The notes: a model not told the origin generated them from the letters alone. DNA of 64,000 bases from Nitrospirales bacterium (GCA_965203295.1 CBDBCZ010000017.1:480001-544000); one strand, 5' to 3'. Positions 49,601 through 62,690 are shown, numbered from the stretch's first letter. Program-made: numbers and translations.

Positions 49601-51112
49601 AGTAATGCATCCCTACTGGAAATTTCTTAAGGTCCTGCCTGGGAAACTTGCAGTAAGAGATGGCAAAGTACAGTATTGTATGATGTAATGTTGACTCTTT
49701 GAAAAGAGAATGCATACGTGCTATTGTCACCTGTAGTTGGAATGTAGTCTGGTGTGAATTTTTCAAAAATTGTCACAGTTACTGCTACCACTCATTGCTA
49801 GCTACAGTTAAGTTATAGTTACTATTGCTTAGCATTGACAAGTCCTGCTGGAATTGTTTCAAGAGCTTTCCCACAAGTGTTTGAGCCATCACCAACCAAG
49901 ATGACCTACTAAAAGTAAGTGAAACTGAGTTGGCTATAACACTTATTTATGTACAGTACATGTAACTGCAAAGCAAAGTACTATGAAACTTTTGTTCCGT
50001 ACAGGTCAGCAAAGAAAGCTGTTTGCAGAAACTATACCATGATGGAAGAACTGGAAAGGAAGAGCTGTGGCCTCTCTCCCCTAACTGTGTGGGTGATACA
50101 TAATCTAGCTAGCTTACAATAGCATCTCTGGGGAGGATTAAACTACACTAATCCTGTATACTGTAGAGGTACGTGTAGGACTGGTTTCACACATAGACTA
50201 GCTATGGTTTTGAGAAGACTTTATTTCACCTAGTTGGGGGTGGGGGGGCGGGGTAAGCGTCACCCAATTGTACTGAACAGGAGTTATTGAATGTTCACTT
50301 ACTCTCACCCTTGCAGTACTTGGCACTCTATGCTGTGTGACCACGTTCCAGAATGTGGTTGACTTTATGCCGGGTAAGTATATACTTCCACTATTTATCA
50401 TTTTGTCCATGCATGCATAGCACTAAGTCTGCATGCTGTTATGTGCATACATTCTACATTGTTCTATGCAGGAAATTTGTGATCTCTAAGTAGATGCTGC
50501 TGAGTTACAGCAGCCACAACCATGCACTGCTGGTGGCTGAAGGAACTCTCACAAGCCATGCCGTTTCATTGTGGCAGAAGGAACTTCAATCTTACAAGCA
50601 CAAGTAAAGAATGCATGAAGTCACGAACTACTACATGTAGTGTTTTTTGTATTTCAATAACCTGAACATTGATATTATGCTGTATTGTACAATTTTGTTG
50701 TCACCAATTAAATTTTTATTGAGTTTATTCCACAATGGCTACTTGTGAGTGTTTTAATATTATGGGAGTGCAGAAATACACCTGAACTCTGGGGGTGTAT
50801 GTTTAACACTGCATGAGGGTGGTATACCACCATTTAAGGTGTAACATACCACCGTTTAGGGTGTAACATACCACCGTTTAGGGTGTAACATACCACCGTT
50901 TAGGGTGTAACATACCACCGTTTAGGGTGTAACATAGAACCCATGGGGAGCTTGGTGTTCACGGCGACTATAGCGCCCCTAAAGGTGTTTGGTTAACACC
51001 CCTTTTTTAACAGTGCAGGAAGATTTAATGGGTGTATTATTGATACATGTTCATATTATGCATGCATGCATGATGCATGCTGTGGCTGTTTGCATGGAGC
51101 TCTGTATAGGCA

Positions 51113-54100
51113 TCATTGAAGCCGAGGCTGCTTACTCAAAGGTGCTCGCTCTTCCACAGAGAGGACCACTGTGAATGAAAACAACACAACTGTTACAATA
51201 TTATCATTATGTTGTTATAAACCTATTTATACTATACAGCTATATAAGAGGTGTGTAATACTTCCCTGCACAATCCCCATGCATGTATGCATGATTGTCT
51301 GGCATCGATAGTCAGCACACATATACATGCATGTATACCCTTGAAGTCTAGTATCGACTCTACTCATACCATATATACCTTGCACAGATGACGTTGGCGG
51401 TGGACTCGTTCCAGGAATATTTCCACCCACCATGCTGTTTGCTGTAAACATAAATAAACAATGCCACGTATCAAAGCCTATAATTATACATGCGTGCATG
51501 ATTAGAATAAAACAAGCCATGCTACATACAACTCACGGCTTCTAGATCTGCAGCTTTCAAAATCATCTACTGAATCATCATCACCTTGACCTGCACGGTA
51601 TATTCAGTATGCAATCAGTAACCAGTATGCAATTGGACATCAGCAAATGTAATCAGATACTGTTATAGGAGAAAGATATATATTGTAGAAATGTAGAATC
51701 GGATACTAAGCACTGGTATCTATTTTCAAAATTAGTAGCCTGAATGTGTGTTTATATTCACAGGATGCTTATTGCACTATGACCATACGAAGCAATCCAA
51801 CTGCTGTGTAGAAGGCGGTGCTCCTGGATAAGGCCTCCTCCACTTAATGAATTCAATTGTACTACTGACCTACTGTAGTTGATGTACTGAGGCTTTCAGG
51901 CTGTATAAGGTGCCATTTTCCTGGTAAGTACTGTAGTAGAGGCTATGAGTGCCTATTCATGTGGGGTGCCTATTCTCGTATACGAGTACTCACTATCGGG
52001 AAATCCAATTGGGTGCCCTTACTTTGTATGGGTGCCTATTATTCTGATTCTACGGTAACTCTCGTGCAAATTTTATAGACTCAGTCAAATTGTATATACG
52101 ATAAGTCAGAGAATACCCTGTGTCAGTACAGACAGATATACAGTTCTCACAGTAGCTACACTAAACATAGCAACCATCTAGCAACCTCAACCACTGCATA
52201 TTATTGTTATCAATATTCCTTACCAGTAGGCGATGTAGGCTGGCCCAGGCGTGTGGAGGTGTTTCTATCTGCATTTCCTTCTCCTTGGTGATGAACCGCT
52301 ATAAAAATGTACAACCACAACTATTGCTTAAGCAAGCAATGAAATGTACAGTAATTGAATTACAAAGGTAGCTTTGTGCTTCCCTCACCATCACGAAATT
52401 GCTGTACTACATGACTTGGGATTCGCTCCTGTGCAATGGCCATGCACTTCAAAGACACAGCGTTTCCTCCATACCCACGACGGGATTTTGAAATATATGC
52501 CTCCTTGCAATTTCCTCTGAGGAATCGCTGCTTGCACTTCTTTCCCATGCGATGAAGGAGAAGGGCACGCTCAATGTCACTAGCTGAGTACATCACCCTC
52601 TCGCTATCATTTTCAGGCTGCGAATTCAGCAAAGCAACAGCTTCAGAAATTCGAAGAGCTAGACACACATCCAGGTGGGAATGAGTCGAGACATCCACGG
52701 ATACAGTTTGGAGCACCTGAATTGTTGAAGCAGTCAACGAACAATGCACTGGATCAGAAGACATGCAAACTAACCAGATACTTCTTGGTTGTCTTGACTG
52801 TCTGCATGTAGCCTGCAAGTTCTCTCAGGAATGCCTGCACCATCTTCTCACTGGAGACACTGGATTCAAACAATACCATCTCTGGGACAGAGGTACTGCT
52901 AGCTGTGAAGGGGGCCATATTCTCGGCAAAGAAATCCCAGCAGTCTTCTTCACTGAACTGTAGCCCCCCAGAAATTGCTGCAAACTGTGAGTTAACGAAG
53001 AAAGATTTTACTTTTTAGCCAACAAAGCAACAGATTTACTTACCTCTAAGAAGAAGTACATGAAGATCGACATAGTGGTTGTGAATCGAGCTTGTGTGGT
53101 GAAGGTTGCCAGGATTCTGGATACAGCTGGGCTGATTTCATTGTTGATGTGCTCCTTTGTCTCCTGCGACATGAATCGCTGACAGAGCTTCAGCACTTCA
53201 CCAACAGAGGCTGAAGCAGTGTCCCGACTTTGCTGCATTTTGGCAAACAAAAGGTTTGCCTCCGGCTCGTCGGTGTGCTCATTGAAGCCGATGTGTATGG
53301 CACGACTATGTGCACGTGGACGTTCACCTCCTAGCTTCCAATTGGAGGACACAACCGGAAGGGTCGAGAAGGATTCGACTCCATACGATCGAGTGCCACG
53401 ACTGGTGCCATTATAGGCATCGATAAACAGCTCTTCCCATGTGTCGGCTGCTTTTGCAGTGATATCATCAATTACCACAGGGATTGTGGTCTTGTTCAGA
53501 ATCTTGAAGAGATATGAGGGGGTGCTCTGATTGTTGAAACAATGTGACTCATGAGCACCAAAGAGGGCTAGGCCACACTTGGCTGCTTCTGATTTGCAGG
53601 AACCAGGGGCTCCTGTCAGCATTGGTACCCCACAGCAGCCAAACATTCTGAGAACATTGAGGTAGTTTGCCCCCATCAAGCATGCTGCTATTGTAGCCAT
53701 TGCAGGCATGAAGTTCTCGGGCATGAACTTCTGAATGGACTGGCATAGGGGAAGGACACTTTCACCATCATCCAATGGAGTGCACACTTTGCATGCCAGC
53801 GTCTCCTCCAAGAGAATGTTGTTGCCATTAACAAGACGCCGCAGCCACAGAAATGGTGATTGACCTTGCTGCAACAGTGAGCCATCTGCTGAAAGCTGAA
53901 CTGAATCAGAGAGAACCCAGTAGGACTTTCCGTCAAGCGTATTCTCTCCAACAAGCCTTGCTGCAACCTTCTTTCCCTGCTCTCCTTCCAACATCTCACT
54001 TGACAATTGCATCATGAGTTTCTTAAACTCACTGTCTGAGAGCAGAAGAAATAGGGCACCGCCTGGGAATAGCTGGTTGATGAATGTTGTGAACTGTTTC

Positions 54101-54936
54101 ACATGTCCGGAGAGCTCCATCATTGGACAAAATAGCACTCTGTGGGGAAGGAAACTGTCATATATAATGCTACTTTGTATAAATTAACTTCTCTCATTTA
54201 ATTTTTACTTGTATGCAGTCATTAGCCTCATACATGCTATGTATATATCCTGTCCCATTCCACCATTCCCACCTGGATACAAGGCTAGGCAGACACTTAC
54301 TCTTTCATGTTGTCAGGATACCTCTCAATTTTCATCAGTATTCCTGGGCCACCACCATCAGAGTTAACGTGAACAGTCCCCAACAGGAAGATTGAAAAGT
54401 TGGAAACCGCCTCCTTGGTGTCTGATTTTTCATTGTAGCGGAAGATTCGGTTCTCTTCGATGCGAACATAAGTGCTTGGCATTGTGCAATATGCCACCGT
54501 ACTGTAAACAGGACATGTATGTATACATCGTAATAATAATATTAATGCTATTATTAGTCACTGTATATAGCTACACATGTAGGCTACTCCATGCACCAGC
54601 AACGTAAACAACTGATTTTAGCTGCAAGTACATGTAGTTTCAACTATTATGTAGTACTCTTTCCCAGCCAAGGGCACATTTTATATGTGCCCATAAAAAA
54701 ATACATGATTGTACTTCAGCTGATTTTATATTAACGCCTAATACATGTATACAAACCCAGACATGAGTTTACATTGAACTACATGTATAAAACCCAGCTG
54801 GAGTTAATACAGTAACTGCATACCGAGACTCAGTCTGCCCAAGCTCTTGTCACCACGTACATGTACGCGAGGGGGAAGTAGGAAAACACCGTGCGGTCGT
54901 CAGTAAAAAATCTTCATACAAGAGGTTGTCTTCAAT
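51113..54936 (-). CDS. P-loop ATPase resembling DUF927/Cch-type helicase domains of phage/ICE replication proteins (~730 aa, start uncertain)
   Basis: Exons 54936-54890 (tentative), 54501-54301, 54139-53044, 52984-52775, 52716-52389, 52298-52224, 51920-51870, 51590-51537, 51441-51379 and 51168-51113 join in frame (2181 nt). Motifs: Walker A-like GAPGSCKS, Walker B VVIDD, YNG.SRG.R, SSN, SRAIHI and N-terminal VSNFSI. Confidence 0.72.
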
Positions 54937-55225
54937 CTGCGAAAAAATAGCTTGTGAGAATACTTAAAGCACTGCAAAGGAACAACAGGTAACCATGCGA
55001 AACGTAACCCAAGCAACATTCAATAATAGGCCTTTATCCATTACTACGTAATTATGACGTCTGGGGGGTAATAGTGGGCACTAATTGGAATTCGAAGCGT
55101 CGCAAGAAGCGCGAGTGCACCACCTGTTCTTTCGTTTTTCTGGACTGTCAGCTGTTTTTCAGTGCTTAGTCCATTTCCAAGGTTAGTTCAGTTATTTTTC
55201 TCTGCAAAAGATATCTCAAAGTTCG

Positions 55226-56377
55226 ATGGCGACCGCAAATGAAGTTTCAGGCTCTTCATCTTCCCCTCACCCTTCGCGGTCTTGTAGCGACGTCCCTATC
55301 CACAAGTGGACTTGCTCTGCGCTCAAAACCTGGCTTAAGGCCCGCGGATTAAGCTATTCAGCAATGAGAAAGGATGAACTAATAGCGAAGTAAGTCCAGA
55401 TGTAAATCGATTATCGGTAGACTGGTAGGGTGGAGCGATTTGTCCCCTCCTTTTTTGTACTTCGGCATGTTTACATTACACAAAATGATAAAGCAAGTAC
55501 AGGTACATGTACACACTACAGGGCAAGTAATGTACACTACAGTGCAACTGATCCTTCCATTAGGGTTGAGGGAGCAATCAGGTGTGGGCTTGATTCACCT
55601 GTAGAGGAGAGTGAAGAAGAAAATGAGGCAGCACCAGACGGTTATGAGGCAACACTATCGTCAGAAAGTGGCTGGATAGATGCCGAGTGTATTGATCTAC
55701 CCCCACTCACCCTCAAGCACATACACCAGTACTTCATAACTGGACGACTGCACAAAGAGCGGGTCACTGCATCAAAGCCATTCGAGAGGGGCTATAGACT
55801 ATTCAGTTCAAGGAAGGTCCAGTGTCTCTCAATTCATGACGTTACCAGTAACTCTGTTTACTGCATCATCCGTGCAACAGTCTTGCCCTCACAGAAATCT
55901 GGAGCATATAAAACAGCCATTGCTCTAAATAAAACAAATGGGCATGTTATATACGGAAGGTGTACCTGTGTCGCAGGTAACTCAGCCTGCAATCATACTG
56001 CTGCACTGATGTTCGCAATAGATGATATGAACAGGGAACGGGCTAGCTGTGGAGCCGGAAGTAGTGGAGCCCCTAGTTCAACCTCGCTGCCCAGGAAGTG
56101 GGGTGTTCCAGCAAAATCTAAGAAAGACCCAACACCAGTGAACATGCTGGAGGTAGTAAAACCTAAGTATGGAAAGCTACCGCAACACACCCCTACTGAC
56201 GTCCAACCCATCGATCCTTCTATTGGCCTAGTACACATGGCTAGAATCATGTCCCTTCGGGAGGACCTAGAAAAGAATTGTAAGGATCAGATACTTTTCA
56301 GTCAGGTGTGGCCATCACAACCAGATGCGAAGCAAGCAGACAGGCTAATGAAAATGCAGGCGAGGCCTAAAACATAA
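55226..56377 (+). CDS. ISL2EU accessory protein: SAP domain + SWIM zinc finger (~325 aa)
   Basis: Exons 55226-55389 (WTCSALKTWLKARGL...RKDELI, SAP) and 55564-56377 (V.PSQ..Y...CTCVAG..ACNH.AAL, SWIM; STSLPRKW). Confidence 0.82.
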
Positions 56378-56486
56378 TGTAATTATATATTAATTGTATG
56401 TAGCTGATTATATTCATGATGCCACAAACACAACATACACACAGTCAACGATAAGAGCACAGAAATAACTTAAGCACAGAAATAAC

Positions 56487-58153
56487 TTATAACTCGTTAT
56501 CTGAAAGAGAGTCAGTAACCAAAGGAGGGTGAAACAAACTGAGTGCACAACAAACTCCCCATATGTTATCTACAGAATTTACAAGTGTTAGTGGTACAAC
56601 ATTTTTCAAAATGTGATACTGCTTGATGCGGCCAATAGCTCTCTCTACGTGAATTCGAAGGGATGCTATTTGACGCGTAAGAATAACATTCTTCTTAGAA
56701 AGCTGTTGATGATTCTTTAAGAATGGGGGGATATTTAGCTTTGCACCACATACTAGTACATCATACGCAATATCAAAGCCTTTGTCAGCCATAATCGAGT
56801 CTCCAGGTTCAATAAGTTCTAGTATGCCACAATCACGGGTAAGTGCTTGATCTGAAACTGACCCAGCATATAACTCCGATAAAAACGTAACAGCTCCTGT
56901 AGGACATATGCCAACTAAACCCTTAAAAGTGTTGTGGTGCTTGTAAGATGAGTAGGTCAGTGACTGCACAGACATGGACGAGGGTACTTCAGTAAGTATC
57001 TCAGTACAATCAATAATAACTCGGGTAGTGGGGTAAAATTCTTTAAACTGCATAGGCATGTGTGCATCAATAACTGCCCTTGACGGCCATGTGATGAGGG
57101 GTCTAAGTTGCTGGTTCAGAAACTTGAGCCAGGTTACACAAATACGAGATACTGTAGCAATGCCAATATCAAATCGATGAGCTAAATCTTGTTCCAATAA
57201 TCCCAGTCGCAGCCGAACTAATACAAGGAATAGTTCATCAATGGGTTGCAATACCCGGGCTCGTGGTTTAAATGTCTGGGTAGAGGTACTCTTAATATCA
57301 CTACGGCATAAACGTAGGTAACACAGTAGCGGCTCAAGATATCTATAAAGGCACATGAGCACAGGATATGATGAAAGGCCAGTGTAAAACTGTATATCTG
57401 CATCACTTCCTTCAAATCGCTTCAGGAGGAAGCGCTGGGATGTCAATGTTCTTACTTCCTCTTCGAGCCTCAAAACATCTGCCTGCAGCTGCATAATTCT
57501 TTCTTCATGTTTTTCAATTTCATTCTTTGCTACGTCTAGCTCTACCTCAGCTGGTGTTGGAAGCTTTTCTGGCTTTTGCTTTTTGGAAGGTATGGGGTAT
57601 CGAACAGTAGGAGGGTGTCGCTGCTTCACTGATTTACTCCATGGAAAAATAGTTGGGATTTGGGAATTAACTGTTTTTTCACTTCCTTCAAAATGCAGGC
57701 TGCAAATTCTAGAGTTCTCACTCACACTGATATGTCTTTTAATACTAACTAACCACTTGTATCTCTGGTCAGGTTCTTGGGGTAGGCGATGAAATTTGAC
57801 ACCCTCAAACTCAGGCCTATCACTCCTGCTACAGCACCCCGGTATGCTGCAAATCTGATGTCGAGGCATGGGAATTGGGCTCAGGCGTTCAATTGAGGCT
57901 GTGAAATCTTTCAGTTCTATTCAAAGTTCGACACACGCAATAGAGTCTTCAGGCAACTACTATCCACGACCGCAATAGAAATCCCACTCTCTTACAAACA
58001 GCGCGTTCTCATTCTAGAATACAATAATGTGGCCCCACAAATTCAAGTTAAATAAGCAAAGTACTCACCTAGCAACACTTTCCGCGGGTTTCTTCGCCTT
58101 TTCCAGCTGCTGGACTCCAAGAAAACTGAGGTCTTCCCGCTGCGTTCCGCCAT
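56487..58153 (-). CDS. ISL2EU transposase: THAP - coiled coil - HTH - DDE_Tnp_4
   Basis: ORF 57869-56487 has THAP (CSIPGC..FHRLP..W..ICSLHF..IPTIF) and the DDE motifs IIDCTE, YSSYK, MADKGF and RIHVERAIGRIK. A possible in-frame upstream exon 58153-58069 splices to 57898. Confidence 0.93.
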
Positions 58154-58386
58154 TCTGCGACGCTTCGAATTCCAATTAGTGCCCACTATTACCCCCCAGA
58201 CGTCATAATTACGTAGCAATGGATAAAGGTCTATTGGTCGCTATGCTCTCGCGCGCGCCGCTTTTTTTCCGTCTCCCTATACCCGGGAAAGCCGTAGGCA
58301 TGGTGTGCCCGGCGCCAGTTTTAAGCTGGTTGCTAAGTTAAACTGATAACCAAGCAACTACATGGCCATGTTTAATCACAGCAGAT

Positions 58387-61300
58387 ATGGCAGCTATAAA
58401 GCGAGGTTCTTCTGTGTGCGGAGGTTGTGGAACCAGCAACGGAAATAGAGCAGTTGTCTGTAAAGGATGCAGCAAAACACTTACTAACAAGACTAAGCGT
58501 CCGAAACCGGAGCCTGTTGCTCAGTATAGCTCGAATGTCACGTTCCTGTTAGATGCTGAGCTTAAAGTAGAAATTGCAACCGCCTATTCTGTTCGAGTAC
58601 GACCTCAAGGACCAGACTACAGATGTTTTATAACAAAAGGCACTGACGGAGCTTGGAAGTGTACAAACAAAGAGTGTGAAGTTGTGCGGCAAGGAAGGGC
58701 TCGGTCGATGGGAACTGGTAAGCATTATACCTTCAGTGGGTGGAGCTGGTGCAAGTATAGCAGAAAATTATAATTCACGTTGTATATATCAAAGGTGCAT
58801 GGATGCATATGCCATGAATTATCTCTTTCAATATTATAGATACTGAAAATTCTCATCCTGGACCAGGCTGTTGTCATGTAGAAGTGGCAATCCACTCCAT
58901 GTCGGCGCCAAAGCCACTCGAGTTAAAGTTAGATACACTATCTAGCTTTCCATTCCCCACAAGTGTACAGCAGACACTGCAGGAAATGGTGTCTTCTTCA
59001 GAAAACACAGAGCCAGCAATCATTCAGCGTGTGTCAGAAAAGTCATTCGTCATTCGCACTCCTGAAAAGAGCTTTCAGACACCACTGAAGCTCCTTCACA
59101 TACGCTTTGACAGTCAGAACAAGTTTCACTGTCAGTGCTCTCAGTTTAAGAAAACCCAACAGCTCTCTTCTGCACCGACAGCACCCAAACTGTCTAAGCG
59201 ATGCATCCACCTCTACATTTGTATGTGGGCATTCCTCTCCTGTCCGAGTCTTCAGCAAGAGTTCTCCATGTATGTGCATCTGCTTCAGCAAGGTATGCAA
59301 AGTATTGTGGCAAAAGTATTTGGCAATACTGATTGCATTAATTCATATGCCATATTTATATATTTTTATAATTATAATTATGTAATTAAAGATATGTATT
59401 CTCAATTCCAACCTAAACAGCTGTCTTAAGAAATATATTATTATACTGGCAGTTTGAGGTTAATTTTCTGAGACAATTGTTCTGGTTAGAATTGAGGATA
59501 ACACTACTACGTAGCCAACCAAGAATTTCACTTCAAAATTATATATCAGTAGTGCATGTGTGCAAGAATGGATATCATTGAGTAATTTCACAATGCATAA
59601 TATACAAACTATAATTATATGCAGGTGTGCTGCCAACTGGTATTGCAACTGAAACCATGACTGCACGAGGTGAATCGCAGACCTCAGGTACATTGATTGC
59701 AATGTATATGTAATCATAATGTGAACATTAATTTAATTATGAACTGCATTATTGTATTCCATGCAGGAGAGCCTCCTGCAAGCTCTGGTAGAGTTGGAGT
59801 TCCAGAGAGTGTTGACGTTTTGCTGAAACACACCAAGAAGATACCAGAAAGTCAAGCAGCGCTCCAGCCTCTTTTTTCCCTTATCCAGGAGAAGAATGCC
59901 AACTTAGTCCTGCAAAGGAAAGGCGTGGCAGTCAGTGGGGAAGTAAGTTAACCAACCCAATTGAGCTGCAACAAGCTACAATATAATTTGTGCAGCCAAT
60001 TAAGTCTTCTATATCTACCATTCATAAAAATAGGTTTGGGAAACACTCTATCAGCCTTCTGACACAAAGTGTGTTGTGTGCGATGGTGACCTTAGTAAGG
60101 CAATGCACATTCCTGGAGGCAGAGGGAGATCCTGGCTGCTGTGTAATGAAGGACTGCTACAGGTTGAAATGCTGTTGAAGCAATGCCAAAACCCGAACTG
60201 TCGAGCAAGGCACAGCTTTCGAGACTGGAAAACAGGTAATGCAGTTTCTTCAGTCACATGCATTGACAGCTATCAACGTAGCTATATGTAATAATTCTTT
60301 CTGCTATATTAGGAGTATTCAATGTCAGCAACAAACTCCTTGTGTGTATTGACATTCTATTGAGGATGAGAGAGCACATCCAGAAAGGGGAACCACCTGG
60401 CAATTGTGCGGATGCTGTGATCCACTCTTCTCTCCAGATGCCCCAGGCACCTCAGTTGCTAGAAGAACAAGTGCGATATGTGGTTGAGAAGTTGTATGAT
60501 GGGTTCTTTGCTTTTGAGGCCATGACTGACAGAGATTGGGATTCGGGTATTTGTGGAATCTGTGGTATATGCCCCCTGTTTGAGAGTGGTGATGGAAACT
60601 GTAAAAACTGTACCCCACTGACAAACAGCATGGTAGGTGATAAATACAGACTGCATGTAGCTTTGGATATCTTCTTACACACTCTATCTTTCCTTGTAGG
60701 TGGTGTGGCCAGTTCTTAGTGAAGTGGATGCAAGTGTGGATACTGTTGATGTGGACAAGTGGTGGACGTATGTGGATAGCAAGGTTGTGGAAGCAGCTGT
60801 GTTCAGGTCATCGACATCTGAGCCAGTCAGTAGCACAGATATAGCACCGTGGATTCCACCAAGTTGCAGAAGCTCCACCATCCTAAACACGGAGCACCTT
60901 AAGGCCTCTTCCTGCATCACTGACCCTCCAAATAACAGGCCATTTGGATGCCCCAAAAAGCTGTCGGAATTGGTCAGAAAAGGTAGCTACAATCCCTTGG
61001 AGTCACACACCATGACAGTGCCAGAGCTGAAGGTGATAGCAGCAGAAGTGGAAATTCCATCCTCTGTGGGATCTACAAAGGTATAGCATATACTCGCAAA
61101 TTGAGAAATTCAATTCCATTTATCCACATTTTGTAACCAATATAAATGTGTTATGTACAATAAAGTAGTAGGCTAATTATATCTCCAGCCACAGCTACTG
61201 AAGCACTTAGACAGACTGTACTCATACCTGATTCAAGGAAAGAGTGAGTGCCACACCTTTGAGGCAGTCCCAAAGTGCTCTGGAGGAAAGATCTTTAAAA

Positions 61301-62257
61301 ATTGTCACCATCAGGTAAATGCTGAGTATAAAAATTTAATTCTGACAACTCTACAGTACATTTTGGATGCATTATACATCAAAAGTTATGGATAAGTGCA
61401 AAAGTTGGGTGCATGTGAATCAGTGATAGTTAGTACATCCTCCAATGATTGCATACCCTCCAGGTTGTATCAGCAGCAAAGTTTGTAATGAGAAAGGAGA
61501 GCACTAGAGATCATGTAGACCTGCTGCTGTCTTCGAAACACTGGCCTGTTGTATTTGCAGTGGACATGGCCTGCGATGTTGCGGCTCATTTAGAAGTTCG
61601 CCTTCCAAAGCTTGCCACTGCTCTTTGGGGGGAAAGAAGGGCATGCTTTCAGAAGCCACATCCCCGAAGAGAGCCACAGGTTTGTATGCACATGGGCGAA
61701 AGTGGCAAGCAGTCTTACGTATATCAACCACAATGTACTCTTTTTTGTTTTAGGTCATTCAGCACCCTGAGTTCACAGCTGCTGTAAATCTGCCGACAAT
61801 CACATTGAATAGTATGGAGGGTGCCAGACAAGACCACACTTACAGCAGAAGTATGATTCATCCGCTAACAAATGCAGTTGACCGTTACATCGTCGGGGAC
61901 AGGTTTCACGATGGTCCCAAGACATCAGGCCACAAAAAGAGTACATGCAGTTATCACAACATAGACCTGTGTCCAGAGTTGATCAGCTTTCAAAGCATAA
62001 CTTCTGAGGTGTTGAATTCCAAGATAAAATCAACACGACTTCAGTCAAGCAACCAACAAAACCTGCATCATTACTTCTTCTACAACCGCCTGATGGATCA
62101 TTGGAACAACTTGCAGATTGTTCATAAGCAATGGCTCCAGATGCATAAGAGAACTAAACCAGGAGAAACCGTGGCTAGAGATGTGTTTCACCGCTTCTGC
62201 TATGTGTGCACCAAGTGCCACAAATGTGGACATGTAGAAGCCAATTGCCTCCAATAA
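58387..62257 (+). CDS. KDZ (Kyakuja-Dileera-Zisupton)/HMGXB3-like transposase (~923 aa)
   Basis: Exons 58387-58717, 58840-59292, 59625-59687, 59767-59942, 60034-60235, 60313-60632, 60700-61080, 61189-61314, 61464-61679 and 61754-62257 join in frame (2772 nt). Motifs: CGICG..P....DGNCK, SGG....C.H.V, ES.RD.VDLL, DMAC, GDRFH...H...C and SEVLNS, plus Cys clusters, a SAP-like insert and a C-terminal CCHC knuckle. Confidence 0.82.
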
Positions 62258-62409
62258 TATTGCATGTCATGCTGTAGGAGTAGCTATGTGTATAAAAGAG
62301 AAGGCACAACATAACATATTATTGCCAATCATTCACTAACTACTATCTCTACTTTGCACCCTCAATAGCCTTACATGCACCTAATACAAGCTGCATGTAT
62401 AGTTTAATC

Positions 62410-62690
62410 CTATTAACCCTATCCATATAGCCCTAGCCTTAACACTAACCTAACCCTAGCTCTAACCCTCAACCAATGCATATAACCCTAATCCTAACCT
62501 CTTTAACCTAACCGTATATAATATTAGCCCTAATGTCCCTAACCCTAAACTTAATCCTAACCTTAACCATAACCCTAACCCTAACCCTAACCCTAACCCT
62601 AACCCTAACCCTAACCCTAACCCTAACCCTAACCCTAACCTTAACCCTACCTAACCCTAACCCTAACCCTATAGCCCTAACCCTAGCTAA
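62410..62690. repeat. Interstitial telomere-type (TAACCC)n tract
   Basis: Pure core ~62570-62640 with degenerate flanks. Confidence 0.95.

Larger units (their letters stand above)
44782..51015. mobile_element. 6.2-kb non-autonomous CACTA/EnSpm-like element packed with tandem repeats
   Basis: ca|CACTGTTAAAAATGGGGTGTT...AACACCCCTTTTTTAACAGTG|ca (2-bp TSD); subterminal ACACC/GGTGT motifs; 22-bp repeats at 50838-50935. Confidence 0.8.
55028..58232. mobile_element. ISL2EU (PIF/Harbinger-related) DNA transposon
   Basis: at|AGGCCTTTATCCATT...AATGGATAAAGGTCT|at; ~76-bp near-perfect TIRs; AT TSD; two convergent genes. Confidence 0.9.

Noticed and set aside
49815..50610. Possible decayed exons of a CACTA accessory gene
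   Set aside because: Splice-like signals are present but no continuous frame or reliable motif could be assembled.
52960..52975. Suspected frameshift in the ATPase gene at a G run
   Set aside because: The run has six bases; exon 52984-52775 is 210 nt and in frame.
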